From contig CBDFHB010000001.1 of assembly GCA_965247365.1 (NCBI GenBank), positions 202,550 through 266,549 on the forward strand: a stretch of DNA of 64,000 nucleotides, written 5' to 3'. The position numbers and the translations under genes are program-made. Positions 1-10,059 of this stretch are shown here, in pieces. The DNA comes from Candidatus Marinacidobacterales bacterium. Lineage in GTDB: Bacteria > Acidobacteriota > Vicinamibacteria > Marinacidobacterales > SMYC01. The notes beneath the pieces are model-generated. The model worked only from the letters and a program-made list of their open reading frames with translations. It did no database searches and had not been told where the DNA came from. How positions within the stretch are numbered: position 1 is the first letter of the stretch; the number at the start of each line of letters is the position of its first letter.

Positions 1-324
1 ATCGCCCAGCTTGCCGTTGATTTCTCGGATGGACTCGATCGCCCTGTGGTTCTCGGGAGATGTCACGATCACGAGCAGGTAGGGATGGCCTTCGGTCGAG
101 GGTCCCAGATTGACGACCTTGATGCGATCGCTCTCGCTGTCGAGGAGCTCGAAATACTCCACGATCTTGTCCCATCGAGCCAACTGCTTGTCGGCTCCCA
201 TGCGGTGACCGAAGAAGGATTCAGGACTCGTAATTTCGTTCGCCGCCCACGATGGGGATACGGTCGCGACGACCAGGGCGAGACACAAAGATACGCCGCT
301 AACAAAACGCCGCAAGAATTTCAT
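1..324 (-). CDS. Partial (5' end in window) secreted protein; start at 324, predicted signal peptide MKFLRRFVSGVSLCLALVVATVSPSWA; possibly peptidase-like
   Basis: I translated the minus strand myself and found it open to the window edge. N-terminal signal peptide. Not in the ORF track because it has no stop inside the window. Confidence 0.4.
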   Translation of the reverse strand, partial: MKFLRRFVSGVSLCLALVVATVSPSWAANEITSPESFFGHRMGADKQLARWDKIVEYFELLDSESDRIKVVNLGPSTEGHPYLLVIVTSPENHRAIESIREINGKLGD

Positions 325-387
325 GGTTACCTCGCAAGATTTCGAGCGTTTACTTAACCTAGTTGGCGCGGCAATTCAACGAGCCGC

Positions 388-1737
388 CTATTCGGTCGCG
401 TCGCGGAGGGCGCCCTGAACGGCGGTGAGGCCGAAGGTCGTGCCCAAGGGCAAATCCGCGATCGTCGCGAGGATGGCGGCTGCCAAATCCGCCTGATCGT
501 AAGGAGGCGGCAGTGGAAGCTGGCCGGCCTTCTTGGCCCTCGCGACTCTCTCGAGAAACTCCAGGTACGCCGCCGCCTCGTCCTCGAGCTTGTAGTGCGC
601 CTCGACGTGCTCGCGGGCGAAACGGCCCATGGCCGCGCGCAGCTCCGGCTCATCGTGGAGCCATCGCAAGGTCGAAGCGATCTCCTCGACCTCTGGCGGA
701 CCGAGATCGATGTGGGCCACCGTGTGCTCGGGAAACTCCGCAAAAGGTCCCGTGTTGGACACGAGCACCGGTTTGCCCATTCCGAGAGTCCGGATCAAAG
801 TGCCCGAAAGCTCTCCGGTGGAGGGAAAGCGCAGATTGATCACGACGTCGCAGGCGAGCATATAGAGGTAGAAGCGGTCCATCGGCTGTCGACCCGTCAG
901 CACCAAGCGCTCGCCGAGCTCCTCTGCGCCCGCGATCTGCTTCAGCGGGTAGCCTTTCTGAACTTCGCCCACGACGAGAAACCGGGCGTCGGCGCCGGTT
1001 TGCAGGAAGCGACGGAATCCCGCGAGCGCTCGGTCGATCCGCTTCGCACGGGTTGCTAGCCCAAAGGCGGCGACGAGAAAGCCGTCTTGCGGAAGCCCCA
1101 AGAGCTCTCTCGCCTCGGCGCTGGTTGCGACGGGAAGCTCGGGAGGTGGGGCGTAGTGGTGCGGAGCGCGGCCGATGAACCTGCCGACCGGAACACTCCC
1201 GAATCGGCGCTGCAGCCAAGCTTGCATGTGGCGCGTCAGGACGAGAACACCGTAGCTGCGTTCGACCATGCGTTCGCAGAGCGGAAACTTCGATGTGAGA
1301 AGCTCGCTTCCGAGGGCCGCGGCGATCTGCCGTCCGAGGGCCGCGCCGCGTTCACCGTAGGCGCGCTTCATCTCCGAAACGTAGAGGGCGGTATTCCCTC
1401 TCTCGACGGACAAGCCTAGGAAAAGGTGCTGAAGAACGAGGTCGTGAAGGACCACCACTCCAGGGAAGCGCAGGGCCGCGTTGAGCGCGAAACGATGGTA
1501 GCCGCTGTTTCCTATTTGGTAGACGTTGAGATCGAACTGCTCTCGCTCGGCGACGTCTTCGAAGTCACGAGCTAGATGCCAGGGAAAGGTCTCGGCGATC
1601 TCGGGATTCGTCGGTGCTTCGTCCTCGACGAACAAGTGGATCGCGGTGCCTTTCGCCAGGTAGGGCAGAAGCTCTTCGCTATAGTCCGCGACGCCCGTTC
1701 CTTTGGGCGCCAGCGGCGAGAAGTAGGCCAGCTTCAT
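388..1737 (-). CDS. Glycosyltransferase family 4 (GT1 group 1)
   Basis: 449 aa. N-terminal GVADYSEELLPYL motif typical of group-1 glycosyltransferases. ATGA overlap with the next GT4 gene indicates an operon. Confidence 0.7.
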   Translation of the reverse strand: MKLAYFSPLAPKGTGVADYSEELLPYLAKGTAIHLFVEDEAPTNPEIAETFPWHLARDFEDVAEREQFDLNVYQIGNSGYHRFALNAALRFPGVVVLHDLVLQHLFLGLSVERGNTALYVSEMKRAYGERGAALGRQIAAALGSELLTSKFPLCERMVERSYGVLVLTRHMQAWLQRRFGSVPVGRFIGRAPHHYAPPPELPVATSAEARELLGLPQDGFLVAAFGLATRAKRIDRALAGFRRFLQTGADARFLVVGEVQKGYPLKQIAGAEELGERLVLTGRQPMDRFYLYMLACDVVINLRFPSTGELSGTLIRTLGMGKPVLVSNTGPFAEFPEHTVAHIDLGPPEVEEIASTLRWLHDEPELRAAMGRFAREHVEAHYKLEDEAAAYLEFLERVARAKKAGQLPLPPPYDQADLAAAILATIADLPLGTTFGLTAVQGALRDATE

Positions 1738-2783
1738 CGAAGGGGCGCCGTCAAGGCATCGATGACGTGGTCCCAGCTGATCCCCGAGACACGCGGCTTG
1801 CCCGCCACCCCCATGTCACGCGCGGCCCTGCGATTCGCGAAGAGTCGATTCACGGCGGCCCCGACCGCTTCGGGATTCGGCTCGACGACGCAGCCCGAAA
1901 CGCCGTCCTCAACGAACTCGAGCGTTCCACCGGAGTCGGTACAGGTGACGACCGGTTTCTCGGAAAGGAAGGCCTCTACCGTAACATAGCCATAGTCCTC
2001 GTCCACTGGCGCGTAGACCACCGCGAAGGCCGAGGCATAGAGCTCGAGAAGCTCCTCCTCGGGTACGAAGCCCGCGAAGTGAACCCGATCGGACAAACCC
2101 AGCCTCTCGACTTGACGCTTCAGATTCTCGAGCTGCGGTCCGCGCCCGGCGAGCACGAGCCGTGCTCCAGGGTCGACGTGACGAAACGCCTCCACGAGCA
2201 GGTCGCATCGTTTGAGCGGTTCGAGCCTGCCTGCGTAGAGTGCGTAGTCGCCGAACTCTCCCGTTCGATAGCGACCCGCGTAGTGGGGCGGGGGGTAGAG
2301 TGGTTCCGAGTCGATCCCGTTGTGGCGGTCCAGCCGGGAGGAGACGTTTTTCGAAATGGTGAAGATCCGCCGGGACTCACGCAGGGTCTTGTTGTCCAGG
2401 CGCATGATGGTCTTTCGGATCTCCTGCTCTTCCGGATCGTCCGTGAAGCTGCAGTACGGAGTGCCGTACAGGTCATAGACCTCGCGGTGCTGGTGAAAGA
2501 GCCAGGTGACCTTCATAGGATGGCGTACGAGATAGGATGGGAACTTGGTCGGAATGACCAGGTCGATCGGGGCTCCGTTCGACTCGACGACTTCCAGGAA
2601 CCGCCAGATCAGAGCCTGCTTGATGATGTCCTGGACCGGGTACCACTTGAAGGGGACGTTCACGATGTCTACCTGGAAGCCGCGGGTCTTCAGTTCCTGG
2701 GCGAGCTCTCCGACGAGGATCTCCGCACCGCCGGTGATGAAAGGTGCTTGCACTGAGCAAACGCAGACGCTTCTGCGGGCCAT
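1734..2783 (-). CDS. Glycosyltransferase family 4
   Basis: 349 aa. C-terminal EDYGYVTVEAFLSEKPVVT...GG..EFV (E-x7-E) GT4 signature. Confidence 0.85.
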   Translation of the reverse strand: MARRSVCVCSVQAPFITGGAEILVGELAQELKTRGFQVDIVNVPFKWYPVQDIIKQALIWRFLEVVESNGAPIDLVIPTKFPSYLVRHPMKVTWLFHQHREVYDLYGTPYCSFTDDPEEQEIRKTIMRLDNKTLRESRRIFTISKNVSSRLDRHNGIDSEPLYPPPHYAGRYRTGEFGDYALYAGRLEPLKRCDLLVEAFRHVDPGARLVLAGRGPQLENLKRQVERLGLSDRVHFAGFVPEEELLELYASAFAVVYAPVDEDYGYVTVEAFLSEKPVVTCTDSGGTLEFVEDGVSGCVVEPNPEAVGAAVNRLFANRRAARDMGVAGKPRVSGISWDHVIDALTAPLR

Positions 2784-2790
2784 GGGTGGA

Positions 2791-3447
2791 TCAGCGAACC
2801 TCGTCTTTGCGGGTCTGGTCCGCCATCGCCTCCAGGCGTTTCAACAGTGAAGCTAACTGATCTCGGGTTTCCCGCAGGCTAGCTTCGAGGTAGAGGTGAT
2901 TCTGCTCCGCGGTCTCGAACACGAACTCGATACGCTGGACCAGGTCGTGCACGTGTCGCACCAGCTCCTGCTGAAGAATGAGGTGGCGCTCGTCAATTTC
3001 CTCCATTCGCTTTCCGTGAAGACCGATCACGTCGTCGTAGTGCCGGCTGATGCGGTCGAGGCGCGTATCGAGGTATTCGACGAGCTCGTTGTCGAACTTC
3101 ACCTGAGCCGAGTTCATCTCGACCTGTCGATCGACCACGCCACCCATCGCGAACTGAACGAGCCTTCGAAGCGGCGCTCTGAAGGTACGTGAAAGCAGTC
3201 CTTCGCGGCGTCGAGGCGCCTCGGCGACGTTCCAGGTACGGTTCAGCGTTTCGCGGTCCGGAGAGCTTGGGGCAGCAGTCGTCGGTCTATTTGGAAGCGG
3301 TTTCAGCGGAGCCGGGGCAGGAGTGTCCGCCGCCTGAACGGGTAGCTCCGCTCGCTCGGCAGAAACTTTCCGTGCTTCGTCTCTGAGCGCCCTCACTTCG
3401 GAAGCCACCTTGGCGCGCAGCGGCTCGTCGTTCTCGGCGGCACTCAC
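2791..3447 (-). CDS. Hypothetical coiled-coil protein, first gene of the GT4 operon (GTG start)
   Basis: 218 aa. Charged and Ala/Pro-rich. It sits 8 bp upstream of the GT4 gene on the same strand. Confidence 0.45.
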   Translation of the reverse strand: MSAAENDEPLRAKVASEVRALRDEARKVSAERAELPVQAADTPAPAPLKPLPNRPTTAAPSSPDRETLNRTWNVAEAPRRREGLLSRTFRAPLRRLVQFAMGGVVDRQVEMNSAQVKFDNELVEYLDTRLDRISRHYDDVIGLHGKRMEEIDERHLILQQELVRHVHDLVQRIEFVFETAEQNHLYLEASLRETRDQLASLLKRLEAMADQTRKDEVR

Positions 3448-3449
3448 AG

Positions 3450-3735
3450 GGGTCAGTTTCTACGTTCGCGTTTCGACTGTCAATCTTGTTCCGCGGATTG
3501 TCGTAAAGGGGGCTTTACGTAAACATGACCTATCTGATAATATTCATTATATCGACGTAAGGGGTAAATAGTGGACACTAACTGTAAAGATTCCACCAAC
3601 TCCACACCCCTCGAAGAATGACATTCATTCTCCAACTCTATGATTCAACTTGGTTTTTGGTCTTGCGATGGTTGTGGCACGAAATGTGAATAATCAAGGG
3701 TTCGTCAGAGGGAGTTATAGGAAAGGATAGAAGGC
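3450..3735. promoter_or_regulatory. AT-rich divergent promoter region between the GT operon (-) and the sigma factor gene (+)
   Basis: The GC drop is striking for a roughly 67% GC genome. On the minus strand there is TTGACA (3478-3483) and TAGAAA (3459-3464) just upstream of GTG at 3447, which may give a leaderless transcript. The sigma gene has an AAGGA Shine-Dalgarno and a TGTGAATAAT extended -10-like element. Confidence 0.4.
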
Positions 3736-4713
3736 ATGAGAGCTACGATCGACACCCCTGAGGAGGAGCTCGAAGTTCAAGCGCGCGAGTCCAGAGTCCG
3801 GAAGCCGGAGACGGATGAGCCCACCAATACAACGGAGCTCGATGTTCTGGGTCAGTACCTCAAGGAGACCCACCGCTACCCTCTTCTGAACCGGGAGCAG
3901 GAGCAAAAGGTTTCCCGAGCGATGCGGCGCTCCGAAGCGGTTCTGAAAGACAAGAAGACCGGGACGGTCCGACGCTCCGCGAGGACAGAGTTCGATGAGA
4001 CCCGGGCGAAGATGATCGAGAGCAACCTTCGCTTGGTCGTCTCCATCGCCAAACGATACAAGAACATGGGCATGGAGCTGAGCGATCTGGTGCAGGAGGG
4101 CAACATTGGCCTCATGCAGGCGGTCGAGCGCTTCGACCCGCGTCGGAATCTGAAGTTTTCGACCTACGCGACCTGGTGGATCCGCCAGGCGATCACGCGA
4201 GCCCTTTCTCAGAAGTCGCGGACCATCAAGGTTCCGATTAACAAGCTGGAGATGGTCCGTGTCGCGACGCGAGCGAAGAACAAGCTCCACGAGCGAAAAG
4301 GTCGCGAGCCCAGCATGAAGGAGATTGCCAAGGAAGTCGGCGCTCAGGAGCATCAGGTGGAGACGGCGATGAAGTCGATCCCCCACTTGGAGTCGCTCGA
4401 TGCCCTGGCAGTCGAGGATGGAAGCCCCCGCTGGGAGCTGCAGTCCGACGAGCGCTCCGAGACCCCCTGGCAAGTCGTGCTCGACCGCGACATGCAGGAG
4501 AAAGTGCGCTCCGCGCTCGAGCTGCTTCCCCCTCGGCAGCAGCTCATCGTTCGGATGCGCTTCGGGATTGGATTCAACACGGAGTACAACCTCGAAGAGA
4601 TCGGTAAAGTACTCAATCTGACCCGCGAGCGGGTGCGCCAGCTCGAAGTCGAAGCCTTGCGGCGCCTCCGTGCCGCCGGCAATCGCCGCGCCCTTCACGA
4701 CTACCTGCAGTAA
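3736..4713 (+). CDS. RNA polymerase sigma factor, sigma-70 family (group 2/3, RpoD/RpoS-like)
   Basis: LVVSIAKRYKNMGMELSDLVQEGNIGLMQAVERFDP...FSTYATWWIRQAITRA (regions 2.1-2.4). Region 4 HTH is RERVRQLEVEALRRLR. Confidence 0.9.
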   Translation: MRATIDTPEEELEVQARESRVRKPETDEPTNTTELDVLGQYLKETHRYPLLNREQEQKVSRAMRRSEAVLKDKKTGTVRRSARTEFDETRAKMIESNLRLVVSIAKRYKNMGMELSDLVQEGNIGLMQAVERFDPRRNLKFSTYATWWIRQAITRALSQKSRTIKVPINKLEMVRVATRAKNKLHERKGREPSMKEIAKEVGAQEHQVETAMKSIPHLESLDALAVEDGSPRWELQSDERSETPWQVVLDRDMQEKVRSALELLPPRQQLIVRMRFGIGFNTEYNLEEIGKVLNLTRERVRQLEVEALRRLRAAGNRRALHDYLQ

Positions 4714-4728
4714 TCGAGAAACTCTCGA

Positions 4729-4765
4729 GGCGTGGGCCGAGTCGCTTCGGTCCACGCCTTTTTCT
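4729..4765 (+). terminator. Rho-independent terminator after the sigma factor gene, possibly bidirectional for the convergent membrane-protein gene
   Basis: Stem GGCGTGG(4729-4735)/CCACGCC(4752-4758) followed by TTTTTCT. Confidence 0.6.
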
Positions 4766-4793
4766 CTCGCTGGGCTGTATTAGGTCGATCGCC

Positions 4794-6659
4794 CTAGTTC
4801 ATGGAGCAGACAGTCAGGCGAGCGCCATGCGCGTGAGTCGTGGAACTTCTCCGGTTAGGGCCTCGTCCTCTCGCCAATGCCAGAGCAGGGCCTGGATTGC
4901 AAGAACGCTCAGAGCAGCGGCCACGATCCGGTACCGCCAGAGCCGGGAGCCATCCAAAGCGGAGATCGAAACGGCGGTTCAAGCCGTCCACGTCATGCTC
5001 GACGGGAGCGGAGGCCTCGCGCGTCAGGACATAGACCAGTGGCTCGCCCGCTAAGCCTTGCACGATTTCTCCGACCCGGAAGCCATGCGCGAGGGCTCGT
5101 CGCAGAACGACGTCCTGAATGGATTCCGGTCCGGGCCCCATGTACGGCCGTGCCTTCCGCGCCCAGGCGACAAGGACTTCACACGAAGGCAGCGCCAGGT
5201 AGTCGGGTGCGCCGCGAATGCCATGAAGATCGCGACCCCAGTAGAACTCCACGCCCTCCGCAAAGGCGCAGGTGGGGCGGCCAAGATAACGTGTGCGCAA
5301 GAGAAAACCTACAGCCTTGGAGCCGGCGTCGGGCACGCGTCGGCCGTAATACCACTTCCAGTGAGCGTCAGGAAACGGGCGCGATCGGTCGAAGAGCGCC
5401 GCAGTTTCCGCCATTAAGGCTCCGGTGAGAGCGAGAATCACGAGTGCGACGACGACGGCCGCGTCAAGCCGGGGCCGTCGCCTGCGGACAAATTCGGATA
5501 GGGCTGCAACTCCGTCGCCCGCCAGAATTGCGACTGGGACCAAGATATGCAGCATCGCATCGGTGTAAGCCAGGTACAGGGTGAACGGCAGGACATAGAC
5601 GAGCAGCCACCATGTCGGCAGAAACGCGCGCCGCCCGAGGGCGATCCCCACCGATGCCAGGAGAATGACGAGTAGACAAGCCGAACCGCCGAACAGCTTG
5701 ATGGCTCCTCGCCAGAGCCATTCGAACTGCCACCCCTCGACCGTCCCTTTGGTCCAGAGTCGGATGAGGAATCCGGTCGCCCTTGGTCCTTCGCGGCGGA
5801 TAGCCTCCAAGTCTCGGAGATAGAACAGTGCCACAACCACCGAAACAGCGATGAGGCCCGGTAGGAGTGATACGAGCGCCCGGCGTCTCGACACAGGGCC
5901 TGGAACGGCCAGGGCCGTCCCCACCAGTACGATCGGGGCGAGGAGGAACAAGTTATCACCGCCGGTCCAGAGTACTAGTGACGTTATCGCCGCCACATGC
6001 CAGCGGAGCCTCCGCGTCCCGAAGTAGCGCGCGTAACAGAAGACCGTAAGAGCGGAAAAAAACGTGGCGACGACGAAGGTGCCGGCAGTGCTACGCGAGT
6101 AGCCCACATGCATTGGTGCGAGCGCGATCACGAGCGCGGCCACGCCTGACGGAACCGGATCTCGTCCCAACTCCCGGGCGAGTCCGTAGACGAGCAGAAT
6201 GGCAAGGCTCCCGACGAGTGCCAAGGGAAAGTTCAGAACGGTCTCCGTTAGCCGCAGGCCGATCCAGTTCGCACCGAGATAGAAAGGAAACGATAGGGCA
6301 TGGATCGTAAAGCCATGATCGAGCCCGAGCAGTCGTTCGCCAAGCCCGATCGTGCGGCCCCGCGACCGAGATTCGGCGATGAAACGTTCTCGCAATTGCG
6401 GATCGGACGCCGCGGAGCACGGGGTGTCGCAACTGTCGTCGAGGGTCGCTTTCCAGTAGCGCTGGTATAGGAAGGACGGACCGAGAGAGTACACGAAGGT
6501 TGTGGTAGCCCAGGCGTGATGGGGGGCGTCGCTGAAAGTGAGCGGCGTTCCGGGCCACAGGCATCGAAGAAGAGCTCCTAGAAAGACGACAGCCACGAGG
6601 AGTGCTCGGGAACGATCCGGCATCGCGGGGACTATAGGAAAACGAGGGAAGCGTGGCAA
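4794..6659 (-). CDS. Polytopic membrane protein, GT-C fold / glycosyltransferase family 39/83-like (ArnT/PMT-like)
   Basis: 621 aa with more than 10 TM segments. First periplasmic loop (RCLWPGTPLTFSDAPHHAWATT) resembles the ArnT/PMT acidic-loop pattern. Confidence 0.5.
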   Translation of the reverse strand: MPRFPRFPIVPAMPDRSRALLVAVVFLGALLRCLWPGTPLTFSDAPHHAWATTTFVYSLGPSFLYQRYWKATLDDSCDTPCSAASDPQLRERFIAESRSRGRTIGLGERLLGLDHGFTIHALSFPFYLGANWIGLRLTETVLNFPLALVGSLAILLVYGLARELGRDPVPSGVAALVIALAPMHVGYSRSTAGTFVVATFFSALTVFCYARYFGTRRLRWHVAAITSLVLWTGGDNLFLLAPIVLVGTALAVPGPVSRRRALVSLLPGLIAVSVVVALFYLRDLEAIRREGPRATGFLIRLWTKGTVEGWQFEWLWRGAIKLFGGSACLLVILLASVGIALGRRAFLPTWWLLVYVLPFTLYLAYTDAMLHILVPVAILAGDGVAALSEFVRRRRPRLDAAVVVALVILALTGALMAETAALFDRSRPFPDAHWKWYYGRRVPDAGSKAVGFLLRTRYLGRPTCAFAEGVEFYWGRDLHGIRGAPDYLALPSCEVLVAWARKARPYMGPGPESIQDVVLRRALAHGFRVGEIVQGLAGEPLVYVLTREASAPVEHDVDGLNRRFDLRFGWLPALAVPDRGRCSERSCNPGPALALARGRGPNRRSSTTHAHGARLTVCSMN

Positions 6660-6762
6660 GTCCGCCGGGTTGGGTCGTCGGATACGCTCCCCCGAGGAGT
6701 GTTCCCCTTGAAGCTTCCGGCATCATTCATCACGTTGAACGGCTGAAGTATCATGGGCCTCG

Positions 6763-7188
6763 TTGGAGATGATGGTGGTTCGAACCTTTAGAGAAAGCAT
6801 CCAAACCCGTGGCAACGGCCATATTCTGGACATTACTAGCGCCGTTTCCCAGGCGGTCGAGCGCTCTGGCCTAAAAGAGGGTCTCGCCACCGTGTTTGTT
6901 ACAGGGTCGACGGCCTCTCTTACGACCATCGAGTATGAGCCCGGCCTCGTGCACGATCTCACGGAAGCTTTCGAACGTCTCTATCCCCGAGCGATGGAAT
7001 ACCGACACCACGAGCGCTGGGGCGACGACAACGGGCACAGCCATGTTCGCGCTTCGATGTTGGGGCCATCCGTGGGCGTTCCTTTCACGAGCTCCAGGTT
7101 GACCCTCGGCACCTGGCAGCAAATCATTCTCGTCGACTTCGACACGAGCCCCCGATCTCGGGACTACATCATTCAAATCCTAGGCTGA
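6763..7188 (+). CDS. yjbQ: YjbQ/UPF0047 family secondary thiamine-phosphate synthase enzyme
   Basis: 141 aa. The whole-length pattern is VVRTF...GHILDIT...ATVFV.GSTASLTTIEYEPGLV.DL...ERL.P....YRHHERW.DDNGHSH..ASMLGPS. Confidence 0.8.
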   Translation: MEMMVVRTFRESIQTRGNGHILDITSAVSQAVERSGLKEGLATVFVTGSTASLTTIEYEPGLVHDLTEAFERLYPRAMEYRHHERWGDDNGHSHVRASMLGPSVGVPFTSSRLTLGTWQQIILVDFDTSPRSRDYIIQILG

Positions 7189-7206
7189 AACCGGAGGACT
7201 CACGTC

Positions 7207-7845
7207 ATGACCCCATTGGTGGACGAGCGAATCGAGCGCTACGCGGCTGAGCATACGACCCGTCCGTCCGAGCTTCTCGAACGTATCCTGCGTGAGACCG
7301 AAGCCTCCAGGAGAGACGCGCAGATGTTGACGGGCATTGCCGAAGGCCAGCTCCTCTATCTCTTGGTCAAGGTGAGCGGCGCTAGACGCGTTCTGGAGGT
7401 CGGCATGTTCACGGGCTATAGCGCGCTGTCTATGGCGGCGGCGCTACCCGACGAGGGCGAGCTCGTGACCTGTGAGATTGACCCGGAAGTCGTCGAGATC
7501 GCGAAGCGCTACTTCGAAGAGAGTCCCGACGGCAAAAAGATCCGAATCCGCGTCGGTCGCGCACTCGATACTCTCGCGGGACTGGAAGGACCCTTCGACT
7601 TCGCGTTTCTGGACGCGGACAAGCAGCGCTATCCCACGTACTACGACCGCTTGATGGAGCTCGTCCGACCCGGCGGTATCATTGCCGTCGACAACGTCCT
7701 CTGGAGCGGCGAGGTGCTCGACCCCAAGGACGAAGAGGCCCGCGCCATCCATGCACTCAATGAGAAGGTCAAGGCCGATAGACGCGTCCACCACGTTCTC
7801 GCGACCGTACGCGACGGCCTCCTCATCGTGAGGAAGAGAGACTAG
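7207..7845 (+). CDS. Class I SAM-dependent O-methyltransferase (family 3, caffeoyl-CoA OMT-like)
   Basis: VLEVGMFTGYSALSMAAAL...FDFAFLDADKQRYPTYYD...GGIIAVDNVLWSG. Confidence 0.8.
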   Translation: MTPLVDERIERYAAEHTTRPSELLERILRETEASRRDAQMLTGIAEGQLLYLLVKVSGARRVLEVGMFTGYSALSMAAALPDEGELVTCEIDPEVVEIAKRYFEESPDGKKIRIRVGRALDTLAGLEGPFDFAFLDADKQRYPTYYDRLMELVRPGGIIAVDNVLWSGEVLDPKDEEARAIHALNEKVKADRRVHHVLATVRDGLLIVRKRD

Positions 7846-8603
7846 CCGCGCATGCGGGTCATCAAGGAGGCGGCTTCCGAAAGCGCCGCCTGCCGGGCCC
7901 GGTAGCGTATGTTCAGAAGCTCGATGCCGAGACTGAAGGCCATCGCGAAATAGACGTAGCCGCGCTGGAAGTGCTGGCCAGTTCCCTCGGCCACGAGCAG
8001 GACGCCGATCATGACGAGGAACGAAAGTGCCAGGATTTTGATGCTCGGATGGCGCTCGACGAAGTCCGCTACCGGGGCGGCGAAAACGAGCATGACGAGT
8101 ATCGCAAGGATGACCGCCACCACCATGATCGAGACTTCCTGGACCATGCCGACCGCCGTAATCACCGAGTCCAGGGAAAAGACGATATCGAGGAGCATGA
8201 TCTGCGTGACGACCGAAGCAAGCCGACCGCTTCCCGCCTCAGGCTCGCTGCTCCCCACAGGATGAGCGGCCTCGACCCTGTCGTAGATCTCGATGGTCGC
8301 CTTCGCGATGAGGAATAGTCCCCCGACCACGAGTACCAGGTCGCGCCCCGTGACCTCGTGTGACACGACGGTGAAGAGCGGGCGGGACAGCTTCATTACC
8401 CAACTCAGCGTTCCCAGCAGGGCCAACCTCGTGAATAGAGCGCCGGCGAGACCGAGCCTCATCGCGAGGTGGCGCTGCTTCTTCGGAAGCTTTCCGGCGA
8501 GCAGCGTGATGAAGACGATATTATCGATGCCGAGGATGATCTCGAGCGCAGACAGTGTCGCGAGGCTAATCCACGCCTCGGGAGTCGAAAAGATCGAAAA
8601 CAT
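7842..8603 (-). CDS. TerC family integral membrane protein
   Basis: 253 aa. ALEIILGIDNIVFI and IMLLDIVFSLDSVITAVGM TerC motifs. Confidence 0.8.
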   Translation of the reverse strand: MFSIFSTPEAWISLATLSALEIILGIDNIVFITLLAGKLPKKQRHLAMRLGLAGALFTRLALLGTLSWVMKLSRPLFTVVSHEVTGRDLVLVVGGLFLIAKATIEIYDRVEAAHPVGSSEPEAGSGRLASVVTQIMLLDIVFSLDSVITAVGMVQEVSIMVVAVILAILVMLVFAAPVADFVERHPSIKILALSFLVMIGVLLVAEGTGQHFQRGYVYFAMAFSLGIELLNIRYRARQAALSEAASLMTRMRG

Positions 8604-8673
8604 CGAGTAACGAGGCTACCCAAAGCCCGGGGCGATGTGCAAGAGAAAAGGGCAGGCCAATCAGCCCATGCCG

Positions 8674-10059
8674 CTAAACGGCTTGCTCCTCCTCTTTTTG
8701 CTTGCGTGGGTCGACGAGGCCGTAGTCTTTTATCTTCTTGTCCAGGGTCGGCCTCGTGATGCCGAGGACCTCGCTCGTACGCGACTTGTTCCACCGGGTC
8801 TGTTTCAGAACGTAGTCGATATAGCGCCGCTCCATTTCCTTGAGCGACGTTAGCTCCTCCGTGACCGGGCCCGCGCTTCTCTCCGAGCTCAGAAGCGGCA
8901 GATGCTCCGTCAGAAGCACGTCCCCGTGGGCGAGGGTCACGGCCCGCGTCAAGGCGTTCTCCAGCTCGCGCACGTTGCCTTTCCAGTCGTGCTCGACGAG
9001 CATCTCCATCACACCGTCGGGAACCTTGCCGACATTGGTATGGAGATGTCGGTTGATCTTCTCGAGAAGATAAGCCACGAGAGCGGGAATATCCTCGCGT
9101 CGTTCCCTCAGGGAAGGGAGCTTGATTTCGACGACCTTGAGTCGATAGTAGAGGTCCTCGCGGAACTGCCCCAGGCGGACGAATTCCTCCAGGTTACGGT
9201 TGGTCGCGCCAATGATCCGCGCGTCCGTCCGCTCGATGCGTTCTCCGCCGACGCGAGAAAACTCCCGGTTCTCGACGACGCGCAGCAGCTTTGACTGGAG
9301 GTTTGGCGAGATGTCACCGATCTCGTCGAGGAATAGCGTTCCTTTCTGCGCGACCTCGATCTTGCCCCGGCTATCTCGCACGGCCCCAGTGAAAGCGCCC
9401 CGGACGTGCCCGAAAAGCTCGCTCTCGAGTACTCCCTCCGCCAGGGCCGTGCAGTTCACGGGAACGAAAGGCTCCTCGCGATTAATGGAGTTGTAGTGGA
9501 TGGCCCTTGCTACCAGCTCCTTGCCAGTCCCGGACTCGCCTCGAACCAGCACCGTGGTGGTGCTCCTCGAGAGCATACCAATGGTTTTGAAGACGTCCCG
9601 CATCTGCGGCGTACGACCCACGATGTTGTCGATACTCCATTCCTGCGATGCCACGGTAACGAGATAATCGAGCTTCGTGTCCATCTCCTGCATGCGCTGC
9701 GCCTTTCGGATGCCAAGCAGCAGCTCGTCGTAGTCGATGGGTTTGCAGATGTACTCGAAGGCGCCTAGCTTCATCGCCTCGACGGTCGTCTTCATATCGT
9801 CGAAGGCGGTAATCATGATGACGTAGGCCTTCGGGTTGATGTGCCGAATTCGCTTCAGTACTTCGAGCCCGTCGATGACCGGGAGGTGAATATCGAGAAT
9901 GACCAGGTCGGGCGAGACCTCCTCGAAGGTCTCGACACCTTCCTCGCCGTCGCTGGCGAGAGAAACCTCGAAGCCCTCGCCCGTGAGATGGCTCTTGAAC
10001 GTCTGTCGAATCAGCCGGTTGTCATCGATGACTAGAATGGACTTCATGAACCTCGTCAT
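8674..10059 (-). CDS. Sigma-54-dependent response regulator (NtrC family: REC-AAA+-HTH)
   Basis: REC domain ILVIDDN...DIHLP. AAA+ GESGTGKE...ESELFGHVRGAFTGA (GAFTGA). C-terminal Fis-type HTH. Confidence 0.9.
   Translation of the reverse strand: MTRFMKSILVIDDNRLIRQTFKSHLTGEGFEVSLASDGEEGVETFEEVSPDLVILDIHLPVIDGLEVLKRIRHINPKAYVIMITAFDDMKTTVEAMKLGAFEYICKPIDYDELLLGIRKAQRMQEMDTKLDYLVTVASQEWSIDNIVGRTPQMRDVFKTIGMLSRSTTTVLVRGESGTGKELVARAIHYNSINREEPFVPVNCTALAEGVLESELFGHVRGAFTGAVRDSRGKIEVAQKGTLFLDEIGDISPNLQSKLLRVVENREFSRVGGERIERTDARIIGATNRNLEEFVRLGQFREDLYYRLKVVEIKLPSLRERREDIPALVAYLLEKINRHLHTNVGKVPDGVMEMLVEHDWKGNVRELENALTRAVTLAHGDVLLTEHLPLLSSERSAGPVTEELTSLKEMERRYIDYVLKQTRWNKSRTSEVLGITRPTLDKKIKDYGLVDPRKQKEEEQAV

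Noticed and set aside
46-357. 103-aa plus-strand ORF at the left edge
   Set aside because: It overlaps a more convincing minus-strand secreted-protein gene running off the window, and it has no motifs.
3671-3690. TGGCAC hexamer upstream of the sigma gene as a sigma-54 -24 element
   Set aside because: No TTGC -12 element at the correct spacing. Also rejected: the TGGCAC at 26644, which is inside the ubiB coding region.
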